The notes under the pieces were generated by a model, which worked only from the letters and a program-made list of their open reading frames with translations, made no database searches and was not told where the DNA came from. The translations under genes were made by a program, and so were the position numbers. Positions 1 to 8,557 of a DNA stretch of 64,000 nt are shown one piece after another. Each line of letters starts with the position of its first letter. The stretch's first letter is position 1. The stretch covers positions 128,001-192,000 of the forward strand of contig JAVCBU010000003.1 in NCBI GenBank assembly GCA_037917685.1, written 5' to 3'. The DNA is from Thermoproteota archaeon. Its GTDB lineage: Archaea; Korarchaeota; Korarchaeia; Korarchaeales; JAOZGB01.

Positions 1-187
1 TGTGAATCCACCGATTGTAAGGCTTACACGGGCTATTAAAGAGCTTAAACTGGGAGAAGAGATAGAGGTAATATATAGAGAGGACATGATACCGCTGAAA
101 ACGCTACAGCTCTTGTCAAAAAAGTATAACCTTGTCCTAGCCCAGGTTTCAGCTAATAAGTGTGTTATGAAAAGGGAGGGTACATGA
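1..187 (+). CDS. TusA/SirA-like sulfur carrier, 5' end cut by window edge; paralogue of 6764..6994
   Basis: VNPPIVRLTRAIKELK is nearly identical to 6764..6994; overlaps the start of the sufS copy. Confidence 0.75.
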   Translation, partial: VNPPIVRLTRAIKELKLGEEIEVIYREDMIPLKTLQLLSKKYNLVLAQVSANKCVMKREGT

Positions 188-756
188 TAGATGTAGAGGC
201 TATCCGGAAGGACTTTCCAATACTTGAGAGGATAATAAACGGCCAGAAAATAGTGTATTTCGATAATGCCGCTTCCTCGCAGAAGCCGGTTCAAGTAGTG
301 GAGAGAATGAAAGACTTCTACTATAACACATATGCAAACGTGCATCGCGGCGTTCACACGCTCAGCCAGGAAGCATCCGAACAATACGAGGAGGCACACG
401 CAGTTGTAGCATCCCTCATAGGCTCCGGGAAAGATGAAATAGTATTCACAATGGGCCAACAGACTCAATAAACCTGCTCGCCCGTAGACTTCATAGCATT
501 CAGCGGCCACAAAATGCTAGGCCCGACAGGGATAGGTGTACTCTACGGTAAGAAAGACCTTCTTGAAGAGCTAACGCCATACCGGTATGGCGGCGGAATG
601 ATGAGCAGGGTAACACTCTCAGAAGTCGAGTTTCAAGATGTCCCATGGAGACTTAAAGCGGGAACACCTAACATAGTTCAGGCTGTAGGCCTAGCAGAAG
701 CGGTAAAATACCTCAAAAGGGTGGGAATGGAGAATATAGAGAGCCATGTAGCTTAG
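184..756 (+). pseudogene. sufS: Cysteine desulfurase SufS pseudogene (frameshift, internal deletion, 3' truncation)
   Basis: Aligns by eye to 6991..8214. Frameshift near 455, jump from the LNMLA region to DFIAFSGHKMLGPTG (about 7291-7630 missing), ends after MENIESH, before the RSGKHCA catalytic Cys. Confidence 0.9.
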
Positions 757-853
757 TGGTCAACCTGCGACTGGAATGTAGTGTTAAACTGTTCGTATGT
801 TTTAACAAAATATATAGTTAAACTTATATCTATGGTTGGATATATCTTTTACG

Positions 854-1075
854 ATGATGGTTAAAGTTCTCACCAAAGGGATAATTGTAATTCCAAAGAA
901 GGTTAGGGAAAAGATTGGGATTTCCGAGGGGAGCTTACTATCGCTAAAGGTTGAGGATGGAAGTATAATTCTAACTCCAGCTGAAAGAAATATAACGGAG
1001 ATCAACCTTCCGTATGACACTGTTGACAAGATTATATCCTCTCTTAGAAGGGAGGAGTTGAAGCTTGAAGGCTAA
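854..1075 (+). CDS. AbrB/MazE/SpoVT-family antitoxin
   Basis: KGIIVIPKKVREKIGISEG swapped-hairpin motif; overlaps the PIN gene. Confidence 0.85.
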   Translation: MMVKVLTKGIIVIPKKVREKIGISEGSLLSLKVEDGSIILTPAERNITEINLPYDTVDKIISSLRREELKLEG

Positions 1076-1574
1076 AACCTTAGGATACACCTTAGATTCT
1101 GGTGTTTTAATAGAATATGTAACCCCAGAGTCGCCCAATTATACCTTAGCTAGAAACCTGCTTTTAATGAGCCTGCTTGGTAGGGTAAAGCTGTACGTTC
1201 AGATAATAAGCCTCACAGAGGTATACTACGTTTCCCTAAGGCTCTATAAGACAATGGGACTTAAGCAGCCCGGGGAAAAAGCTAGAGCCCTCTTCAACTT
1301 CTACATAAACCACCCTGGGATAAATATCGTGGTTCCAGATAGTAAAATAGCCTTAGAGGCAGGAGTGATCAAAGAAAATTATAAGATAAGCCTAGCGGAT
1401 TCATACGTTCTAGCTACAGCGAAAAATAAAGCATCGATACCTCTATTTAGAAAAGTGGAGGAAGAATTCAAAGAAATATATGGGGAGCTTAAAAAAGCGT
1501 TCAGACTTACAACACTGCAGGAAATAAAAACACAACTAGAAGATTCTCTTACCACTGAGGACGAGAATAGTTAG
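1065..1574 (+). CDS. PIN-domain (VapC-like) toxin
   Basis: LDSGVLIEY, LTEVYY and ISLADSYVLATA acidic PIN motifs. Confidence 0.85.
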   Translation: MKAKTLGYTLDSGVLIEYVTPESPNYTLARNLLLMSLLGRVKLYVQIISLTEVYYVSLRLYKTMGLKQPGEKARALFNFYINHPGINIVVPDSKIALEAGVIKENYKISLADSYVLATAKNKASIPLFRKVEEEFKEIYGELKKAFRLTTLQEIKTQLEDSLTTEDENS

Positions 1575-1643
1575 TTTAAGAATTTCGCTTGCAACTCTAC
1601 CCTGAATGTTTGATTTATTAATTCTCAAGGGGTATATCTACCT

Positions 1644-1703
1644 AGGCCGGTGATGAGATCTCTTGCCTGAAACAGATGAAGTCTGAACCGCAAGCTGAGG
1701 CCT
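1644..1703 (+). ncRNA. Archaeal box C/D guide sRNA (copy 1)
   Basis: AGGCC/GGCCT terminal stem, box C GTGATGA 1650-1656, 10-nt guide GATCTCTTGC, box D' CTGA 1667-1670, C' GATGA, guide AGTCTGAACCGCAAG, box D CTGA 1695-1698. Confidence 0.85.
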
Positions 1704-1798
1704 TTTAAATAGTCGGCAAGCTGTTATTATTGCTCTACCATATTCTAGGCTATACTCTAGTCTAATTCTGTCTTACTGCACACTCCCCGATTGGCATT

Positions 1799-2989
1799 TT
1801 ACATTAACTCTACTGCTACGGCGTGTCCTTCGCCTCCGCCATCGCAGAGCGTTGCCAGACCCCTCTTCAAACCTCTGACCTTCAAAGCGTTTATCAGGGT
1901 GACAACTATTCTTGCTCCACTTGCCGCCAATGGGTGACCAATTGCAATTGCCCCCCCGTGGACGTTTAGCTTCTCGTAAGGTATTCCAAGCTGACTGGCA
2001 ACAATAATGGTTGCTAGTGCGAATGCCTCATTATGTTCGTATAGGTCAAAGTCTTCGATGCTCATGTTGAGGGTTTCAAGGAGCTTCCTCACAGCTGGTA
2101 TAGGAGATTCCACAAAGTTCTTTGGATGTAAACCTACACTCGCAAATCCCAGTATTCTAGCTATGGGCTTAAGCCCTAACTCCTCGGCACATGCCATGCT
2201 GGAAACTACAATTGCAGCTGCTCCATCGCTGAGCTGTGATGCGTTTGCGGCTGTGATTATCCCATCTTTTAGGAATACTGGTTTAAGCTTTGAAACCTTC
2301 TCCAAGCTCGTGTCAGGCCTGATCCCCTCGTCTCTTTCTACTGTGCGGCCATCAACCTCTACCGGCACGATCTCGTCCCTAAAATATCCTTCATTGGTTG
2401 CCTTTGCAGCTCTACGATGGCTCATAACAGCGTACCTGTCAGCCATTTCTCTTGTCACACCATGCTTCCTAGCTGTCCTCTCAGCTTCAACTGCTAACAG
2501 CTCTCCTGTAAACGGGTCTGTGAGCCCATCGTGAACCATTAAATCTACCACTTTCTCCCCTGTAAATGAATATTTAAGCCCCCACTTCCACTTTGCAGGT
2601 ATCATGAAGGGGGCGTTACTCATGCTTTCCATGCCTCCAGCGACAACTATGTTGCAGTCTCCAGCGAGCACAGATCTTGATGCAAGGTAGAGGGCCTTCA
2701 TTCCCGAACTGCATACAGTGTTAACTGTGAAAGCTGGTGTTTCAATCGGTATTCCTGCTAAGTGCGCTGTAAGCCTCGCCGGGTTCCCACCTAATCCTCC
2801 TTGAAGGCACGCGCCTACCACTACTTCACTAACCATTTCCGGATCTATGTCTGCCTTGGAGAGTGCACCTCTGATAGCTTCAGCTGCGAGTCTCGGGGCA
2901 GGTAGATGACTAAATACGCCTCCATACTTGCCAATCGGGGTTCTCGCTATTGATAATATTGCTACGTTTTCTGTGCGGATTGATGCCAT
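1799..2989 (-). CDS. Acetyl-CoA acetyltransferase (thiolase)
   Basis: NTVCSSGM, HNEAFA, GAIAIGHPLAASGAR and CDGGG motifs. Confidence 0.95.
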   Translation of the reverse strand: MASIRTENVAILSIARTPIGKYGGVFSHLPAPRLAAEAIRGALSKADIDPEMVSEVVVGACLQGGLGGNPARLTAHLAGIPIETPAFTVNTVCSSGMKALYLASRSVLAGDCNIVVAGGMESMSNAPFMIPAKWKWGLKYSFTGEKVVDLMVHDGLTDPFTGELLAVEAERTARKHGVTREMADRYAVMSHRRAAKATNEGYFRDEIVPVEVDGRTVERDEGIRPDTSLEKVSKLKPVFLKDGIITAANASQLSDGAAAIVVSSMACAEELGLKPIARILGFASVGLHPKNFVESPIPAVRKLLETLNMSIEDFDLYEHNEAFALATIIVASQLGIPYEKLNVHGGAIAIGHPLAASGARIVVTLINALKVRGLKRGLATLCDGGGEGHAVAVELM

Positions 2990-3382
2990 TGGTGGTACGA
3001 TATTATTCTATTTCTTCAAGCCTAAAATTTTGTTTAGAGATGATATCAACATTTATACGGTGAAAGTCGAATATGGAATTAACTCCCTTATGTGAAATTT
3101 TAAATAATGGTTTTCTCGTATGCTATGAGATAACATTTGGTAACTTTTAATTTCTTCATGAAACGATACCATAGCCATTGTAAAATGAAGTATAAAACTT
3201 TAAGATAACTTTAGACGTGATGTTACAGCCTCTATATCACTATATCTCTTAGACTACCCCTATATAAACATTTGACGAACAGCAGACTTTATGGAATCGT
3301 GCGTTTAACAAATCTGGACTCATAGATCTGTTGATAGGAGAATTTATTAGTTTTGCCTATGTGTAGGTCTTGGTGGAAGAGT

Positions 3383-4588
3383 ATGGATTTCACCTTTACC
3401 GAGGAACAGGAGCTTTTTAGACGAGCGATGAGAGAATTCTGCGAGAAAAAGCTTGCTCCAAGAGCAAGAGAGATAGAGGAGAATGGAAGGATACCCGACG
3501 ATGTGATTAAGGGCTTAGCCGACCTTGGAGTCTTAGGGATGACCTGTAGTAGCGAGTATGGAGCTGCTGGTTCGGACTTCGTCACGGCAGGCATAGCCGC
3601 GGAGGAAATCGCCAGGGCGGACATAAGCTGCGCTACAGCCGTATTCTTCCTGGTTCAGGCTGCATGGGGTAAAATATTAGACAGGTATGGTGGCGACGAG
3701 GTGAAATCTGAGGTAATACCGAAGATGGTTAGAGGAGAAATATTTCTTGGTATCGCAACCACAGAACCCGACGCAGGATCAGATCTTGCCTCGATGAGAA
3801 GCACCGCGAGAAAAGAAGGCGGAAAATACGTATTAAACGGGGAAAAAATGTACATCAGCGGGGTTAGAGAGGTCATGGAGCAGATGAAGGACGGTGGAGG
3901 ACACCTAACCCTTGTTAAAACAGACCCTGAACGTGGAGTACGGGGCATGACATTCTTCTACGTCCCACTTAGACAGGCTAGGGGAATTACCCCCACATAC
4001 ATTGAAGAAATGGGGCGCAGGGGAATCTCTACTGGAGGCTTTGCGATGGAAAATGTAGAGATTCCTGAAAAGTACAGGGTTGGACCTGAGAACAGGGGTT
4101 TCTACATCGCAATGGAGGGCTTCGACTACGCCAGAGCCCTAATAGCCGCTGTCTGCGTGGGAGCTGCCATGTCAGCAATGGAGCAGGGCATAGAGTACAT
4201 CAAACAGAGGAAAACCTTTGGAAAACCAATAGCCAAGTACGAGGGTATCCAGTTTAAACTATCCGAGAACTACGCGTTGATGGATGCTGTAAGACTTCTC
4301 GCCTACAGAGCGCTATGGCTCATAGACAGGGAACTCGAGGGAAAGGCCTCAAGGTTCGAGGTCACAAAGGCCGTTGCAGAGGCGAAGATGCTTGCACCAC
4401 CACTGGCATTCCAGGCGATCAACGATGCAATGCAATGGTTTGGAGCCCTAGGCTACTCCAAGGAATGCCCGATAGAAATGGGGCTTAGAGGAGTGAGATC
4501 GTACATGTGGGCTGAAGGCTCCAACGAGATTATGAAGTTAATAGTGGCGAGAGAGCTCCTAGGGAAAGAATACCTACCCACAAGGTAA
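3383..4588 (+). CDS. Acyl-CoA dehydrogenase
   Basis: MDFTFTEEQ start, TEPDAGSD, NGEKMYIS, RKTFGKPI, AEGSNEIM; divergent from the thiolase. Confidence 0.95.
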   Translation: MDFTFTEEQELFRRAMREFCEKKLAPRAREIEENGRIPDDVIKGLADLGVLGMTCSSEYGAAGSDFVTAGIAAEEIARADISCATAVFFLVQAAWGKILDRYGGDEVKSEVIPKMVRGEIFLGIATTEPDAGSDLASMRSTARKEGGKYVLNGEKMYISGVREVMEQMKDGGGHLTLVKTDPERGVRGMTFFYVPLRQARGITPTYIEEMGRRGISTGGFAMENVEIPEKYRVGPENRGFYIAMEGFDYARALIAAVCVGAAMSAMEQGIEYIKQRKTFGKPIAKYEGIQFKLSENYALMDAVRLLAYRALWLIDRELEGKASRFEVTKAVAEAKMLAPPLAFQAINDAMQWFGALGYSKECPIEMGLRGVRSYMWAEGSNEIMKLIVARELLGKEYLPTR

Positions 4589-4604
4589 AGAATACCTACC
4601 CACA
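4565..4604 (+). repeat. 18-bp direct repeat at the acyl-CoA dehydrogenase 3' end
   Basis: AAAGAATACCTACCCACA at 4565-4582 and 4587-4604. Confidence 0.9.
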
Positions 4605-4677
4605 TCTGGCAAAGCGCGATGGCGATATTGAAGGATAGCTTCTTAATTTAAGCATTAGGAAGCCTGATCCGAATAGC

Positions 4678-5316
4678 CTAGCCTACGATTTTAAGTAGTG
4701 TCAACACAGCCCTCCTGGCTCCGAGCTCCGCTAGCCAGTGGTCGAAAGCAGTGCCAGCTACGATCGCATCCCCCTCCACGGGTTTAAGGGACATGATTAA
4801 ATCGTATGATCTAGGATATTCCTCTCTGAGGCTCCAAGAGACCCCTGGAAGGCGGAGTACCCCATCCCGGAATATGATGGTTGTAGCGCCCTTTGCACCT
4901 GCGAGTAGTGCAGCGTCTCTCAGTTCGAGCCCGGTCCCAACATTGTCTGAAGCACCTCTAATTATGAAGACCACGTCGCAGTCTGAGACTGTCAGTTTCC
5001 CAAGATTGAAGCGGAAGGGACCCCTAACCCTACTCCTAATGGCCTTAAGAACCGAGATTCCCTTCTCCGTCAGGTTGCAGCCCTTCCTATCAGTCCTAAC
5101 GAGGTTAAGACGTGACGTGTTTCTGATTATGCTTCTTACACTTCCTTCTCCTAGCCTCAGCATTGCTGAGAGCTGCTTTCTACCCCTAGGCCCGTCCTTG
5201 AGAGTATCCAGGAAAGCCCACACATGCTCCAGCCTGTAGCTCGGTGTAGGCCCGCGGCCAAGCTTTAAAGCATTTGATAGGATTTTAAAGGCCTGTGTGG
5301 CATCCATAAGGCGCAC
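4678..5316 (-). CDS. DUF4443-like winged-helix putative transcription regulator
   Basis: GRKQLSAMLRLGEGSVRSII HTH followed by GLELRDAALLAGAKGATT. Confidence 0.75.
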   Translation of the reverse strand: MRLMDATQAFKILSNALKLGRGPTPSYRLEHVWAFLDTLKDGPRGRKQLSAMLRLGEGSVRSIIRNTSRLNLVRTDRKGCNLTEKGISVLKAIRSRVRGPFRFNLGKLTVSDCDVVFIIRGASDNVGTGLELRDAALLAGAKGATTIIFRDGVLRLPGVSWSLREEYPRSYDLIMSLKPVEGDAIVAGTAFDHWLAELGARRAVLTLLKIVG

Positions 5317-5325
5317 CAGTTAACT

Positions 5326-5904
5326 CTATAATAGTTTATATGTAGTGGATTTAAAGCTTGACTTAAGTTTGTTTACAAGATGGGAAGCTATGAAGAATAT
5401 AGTGACGTTTGAAAGTAGATGTATGGCTGTGAAAGGCAGTGCTGAGATGAGAGCTAGGATAGGTTTAACATGGAAAACAAGCATGAATGATATGTTTGTT
5501 AATAAGTCGTAGATTAGAGTGGCGACAGCTGCGAGGAGGCTTATCTCGATGGCAAATTCAACTCCCTCGTGGGAAATTCTTCTGCTTATGCAGCCTATAG
5601 CTGAATAGATGGTTTCAGATAGTGCGCAGGCTACCAGTATACCCACATTAAAGCCGTAGGGGTTGAATGTCCCGTATATGAGCCAGGAGATGCATGCTAC
5701 GATCGTCCCAGGCAAAAAGCCGTAGAGGTAGCCGGCAAGGAAAACAAGGAAGTCCAGAAGATTAACATTTGGTATTGAGACTAGTGCATAGCTTGAAGCG
5801 ATGCTTGCAGCTGTAAAAAGCGCTATAGCACATATCAGCCTTGCTTTAGGGTTTGGGAAGCGGTGATACTGAGGTGTCCTCGTAGTACCAGACAAGGATG
5901 TCAC
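5326..5904 (-). CDS. ECF transporter S component (probably cobalamin, CbrT-like); start uncertain
   Basis: About 5-6 hydrophobic helices, IPNVNL motif, YDLLTN, HLLSN; next to the DUF4430 gene. Confidence 0.75.
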   Translation of the reverse strand: MTSLSGTTRTPQYHRFPNPKARLICAIALFTAASIASSYALVSIPNVNLLDFLVFLAGYLYGFLPGTIVACISWLIYGTFNPYGFNVGILVACALSETIYSAIGCISRRISHEGVEFAIEISLLAAVATLIYDLLTNISFMLVFHVKPILALISALPFTAIHLLSNVTIFFIASHLVNKLKSSFKSTTYKLL

Positions 5905-6274
5905 CGTCTGTAATCACATACCTGTCGGCGGCTACCGGCCCCTCATACCAGTCACCCATCCAGTACCACCACATCCAGTAGTAAGGATGTTCGCTGCAAA
6001 GGTCGTTAATGCAGTTTACGAAAGCTCCCATGCCTGGATATGATGTGTAGTTTACATCAGCAACTGCGCATGTAACGTCTAGGAGTGTAGAGCCTGCAGC
6101 TATCTTTGTCGAGTTGTGCCATTCTATAGGCCCGCCTTTCACCTTAAACCCTATTGAAACAGTTATAAATCCTTCCTCGCTTGTTCTAGCCTTCATATAG
6201 AAGTTAGCAGCGAGAGCCGATGCTACAATCGCCCACAAGAGGAGAACTAGACTTAAAGCCTTATATTTATCCAT
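5846..6274 (-). CDS. DUF4430 / transcobalamin C-terminal-like membrane-anchored binding protein
   Basis: N-terminal TM; YPGMGAFVNCIN, YYWMWW, VAADRYVITDGDILVWYY. Confidence 0.85.
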   Translation of the reverse strand: MDKYKALSLVLLLWAIVASALAANFYMKARTSEEGFITVSIGFKVKGGPIEWHNSTKIAAGSTLLDVTCAVADVNYTSYPGMGAFVNCINDLCSEHPYYWMWWYWMGDWYEGPVAADRYVITDGDILVWYYEDTSVSPLPKP

Positions 6275-6283
6275 ATGATCACC

Positions 6284-6304
6284 ATGGATGGATTATCCAT
6301 CCAT
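6284..6304. promoter_or_regulatory. Perfect palindrome, candidate operator of the DUF4430-ECF-DUF4443 operon
   Basis: ATGGATGGAT-T-ATCCATCCAT lies between the minus-strand TATA-like TTTATATTTT (6305-6314) and the ATG at 6274. Confidence 0.65.
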
Positions 6305-6492
6305 AAAATATAAAGGTTTCTAGGCCTCACCCACCAGCAAGATTCTAACAGTCAGTATGAAAGTTAAAATCCGAGAAGAGACCGAAAAAGCCCATTCTAC
6401 ATTCAAGACGTCTACAAGAATGCCGAGAGCATGGGAGATATAGAGTTTAAAACGCCTCTACAGGGGAAGAATCTAAACTATATTCAATATGT

Positions 6493-6801
6493 GTCGTTAC
6501 CGAACTCGTTAAGGGATTAACATTAAAGGAAGCATGGACCAAGATAAGCTGGAAGCAAGTGTCAGACGAGCTAGGTGGACTTCCGCCTGTCAAAAGACAC
6601 TGTAGCGTGTTGGCCGTAGGCGCACTAAAGCGTGCCATCAGAAAGTATTATACTGAAATAAAAGGCTATAAACCCGAATGGCTTCCTTCAGATCTTACCC
6701 CAGACGAGAAACAGGCTCTAGAAGCGAAGGAGATGATAGACAGGTTGTATAGGAGGTTTAGGAATGGGAGCGAAAAAGATAGACTTGACAATACAGCCTG
6801 A
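6493..6801 (+). pseudogene. iscU: IscU/NifU Fe-S scaffold, 5'-truncated
   Basis: VTELVKGLTLKEA...LGGLPPVKRHCSVLA present; N-terminal CGD/FGC motifs absent, in-frame stop at 6448-6450. Confidence 0.75.
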
Positions 6802-6994
6802 GGGATGCGTAAATCCGCCAATTGTAAGGCTTACACGAGCTATTAAAGAGCTTAAACAGGGCGAAGAGATAGAAGTAATATACAAAGAAGACCTGATACC
6901 GCTAAAAACCCTTCAGCTCCTATCAAGAAAGTACAAGCTAATCCTAACCCAGATTTCACCTAATACATGTATTCTGAAGAGGGGGGATTCATGA
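6764..6994 (+). CDS. TusA/SirA-like sulfur carrier protein
   Basis: IDLT..EGCVNPPIVRLTRAIKELKQGEEIEVI; lies between iscU and sufS. Confidence 0.75.
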   Translation: MGAKKIDLTIQPEGCVNPPIVRLTRAIKELKQGEEIEVIYKEDLIPLKTLQLLSRKYKLILTQISPNTCILKRGDS

Positions 6995-8214
6995 TAGACG
7001 TAGAAGCCGTTAGGAAAGACTTTCCAATACTTGAAAGAGAGATAAACGGTCAGAAAATAGTCTATTTCGATAATGCCGCATCCTCTCAGAAGCCGGTTCA
7101 AGTAGTGGAAAAGATGAGAGACTTCTACTATAACACGTACGCAAATGTGCATCGAGGTGTACATACACTCAGCCAGGAAGCATCCGAACAGTACGAAGAA
7201 GCCCACGCAATCATAGCATCACTTATAGGCGCCCGGAAGGATGAGATAGTCTTCACAATGGGGACAACAGACTCTTTAAATATGCTTGCCTACGGCCTTG
7301 AATCCACGTTGGCAGGAGGGGACGAGATAGTAACTACTGTTATGGAGCATCATAGTAACTATCTCCCATGGAAGTTTCTTGCAGAGCGGAAAAAGGCGAA
7401 ACTCAAGATTATAGATGTAGATGATGAGGGCAGACTAAACTATGCCCAGCTAGAAAACCTAATCTCGCCAAGGACGAAAATTGTTGCCGTATGTCATATG
7501 TCAAATGTAACTGGCTTCATTACTGATGTAGGAAAAATTGCTAGGATAGCCCATGAGACTGAAGCTTACGTCGTCGTTGACGGGGCACAGTCTGTTCCCC
7601 ATCTGCCTGTGAATGTTAAAGAGCTTGATATAGACTTCATGGCCTTCAGCGGCCACAAAATGCTGGGGCCTACGGGAATAGGCGTACTCTATGGAAAGAA
7701 AGATCTCCTCGAAGAACTAACTCCATACCGGTACGGTGGTGGAATGATAAGTAGGGTAACACTTTCAGAAGTCGAATTTCAAGATGTCCCATGGAGGCTT
7801 GAGGCTGGAACACCAAACATAGTTCAAGCAGTAGGCCTGGCGGAGGCGGTGAAATACCTCAAGAAGGTGGGAATGGAGAACATAGAGAGCCATGAGAAAC
7901 AGCTGGTTAAAAAGACCCTAACCCTAATTCAGGAGGAGCTTAAAGACAAGATAAAAATAGTTGGGCCTCAAAACCAGCTGGAACGTGGGGGCCTCGTGGC
8001 ATTTACAGTCAAAGGACTAGATCACCATACTGTAGCATCCCTACTAGACGCCTACGGTGTAATGGTTAGGAGCGGTAAACACTGCGCACATCCCCTTCAT
8101 GAAAGGCTGGGCCTAGAAGGAACCGTAAGGGCATCCTTCTACCTATATAACACGGAGCATGAAGTTGAAAGATTTATACAAGCATTAGCCGAAATAGTTG
8201 GTACAGTAGATTAG
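6991..8214 (+). CDS. sufS: Cysteine desulfurase, SufS subfamily
   Basis: YFDNAASSQKP, DGAQS, SGHKMLGPTG (PLP Lys), RSGKHCA. Confidence 0.95.
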   Translation: MIDVEAVRKDFPILEREINGQKIVYFDNAASSQKPVQVVEKMRDFYYNTYANVHRGVHTLSQEASEQYEEAHAIIASLIGARKDEIVFTMGTTDSLNMLAYGLESTLAGGDEIVTTVMEHHSNYLPWKFLAERKKAKLKIIDVDDEGRLNYAQLENLISPRTKIVAVCHMSNVTGFITDVGKIARIAHETEAYVVVDGAQSVPHLPVNVKELDIDFMAFSGHKMLGPTGIGVLYGKKDLLEELTPYRYGGGMISRVTLSEVEFQDVPWRLEAGTPNIVQAVGLAEAVKYLKKVGMENIESHEKQLVKKTLTLIQEELKDKIKIVGPQNQLERGGLVAFTVKGLDHHTVASLLDAYGVMVRSGKHCAHPLHERLGLEGTVRASFYLYNTEHEVERFIQALAEIVGTVD

Positions 8215-8278
8215 ACCAACTCGCATGTTTTAAGCCCTACGATTAGTTTAATAACTCGTAAATCCATATAACCTACTG

Positions 8279-8336
8279 GGCCTGTGATGATATCTAGCAT
8301 CTGACACCGATGAAGTCTGAACCGCAAGCTGAGGCC
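8279..8336 (+). ncRNA. Archaeal box C/D guide sRNA (copy 2)
   Basis: GGCC/GGCC stem, box C GTGATGA 8284-8290, guide TATCTAGCAT, D' CTGA 8301-8304, C' GATGA, same D guide as copy 1, box D CTGA 8329-8332. Confidence 0.85.
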
Positions 8337-8434
8337 TCCTCCGAAAGGTTGAAACATGTCAAATTACCTACTTTCAAGTTGATAGGCTATACTCTAGCCT
8401 AAACTTCCAGGCTACTTCCACCCCGATTGGTGAT

Positions 8435-8497
8435 TCACATTAATTCAACTGCTACAGCGTGTCCTCCACCACCGCCGTCGCAGATCGCTGCAAGGCC
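8435..8497 (-). pseudogene. Thiolase 3'-terminal remnant
   Basis: Reads GLAAICDGGGGGHAVAVELM-stop versus GLATLCDGGGEGHAVAVELM-stop of 1799..2989. Confidence 0.85.
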
Positions 8498-8557
8498 ATG
8501 GTTCAATGTCTTGAGGATATATCCAGCTCAACCTTTTCTGGCTCTATTATGCTTAGT

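Noticed and set aside
1-756. Assembly duplication of 6809-7893
   Set aside because: Numerous synonymous substitutions and specific deletions indicate real divergence, although a strain chimera is not excluded
2007-2534. Long antisense ORFs (also 4751..5239, 35731..36315, 48356..48934 and similar)
   Set aside because: They are shadows of well-supported genes on the opposite strand and have no motifs
2990-3382. Operator or sRNA in the AT-rich thiolase/dehydrogenase spacer
   Set aside because: Only weak GATAAC-like repeats; no clear palindrome or box motifs
6361-6450. CREHG fragment resembling a radical SAM N-terminal motif
   Set aside because: Too short and without supporting context
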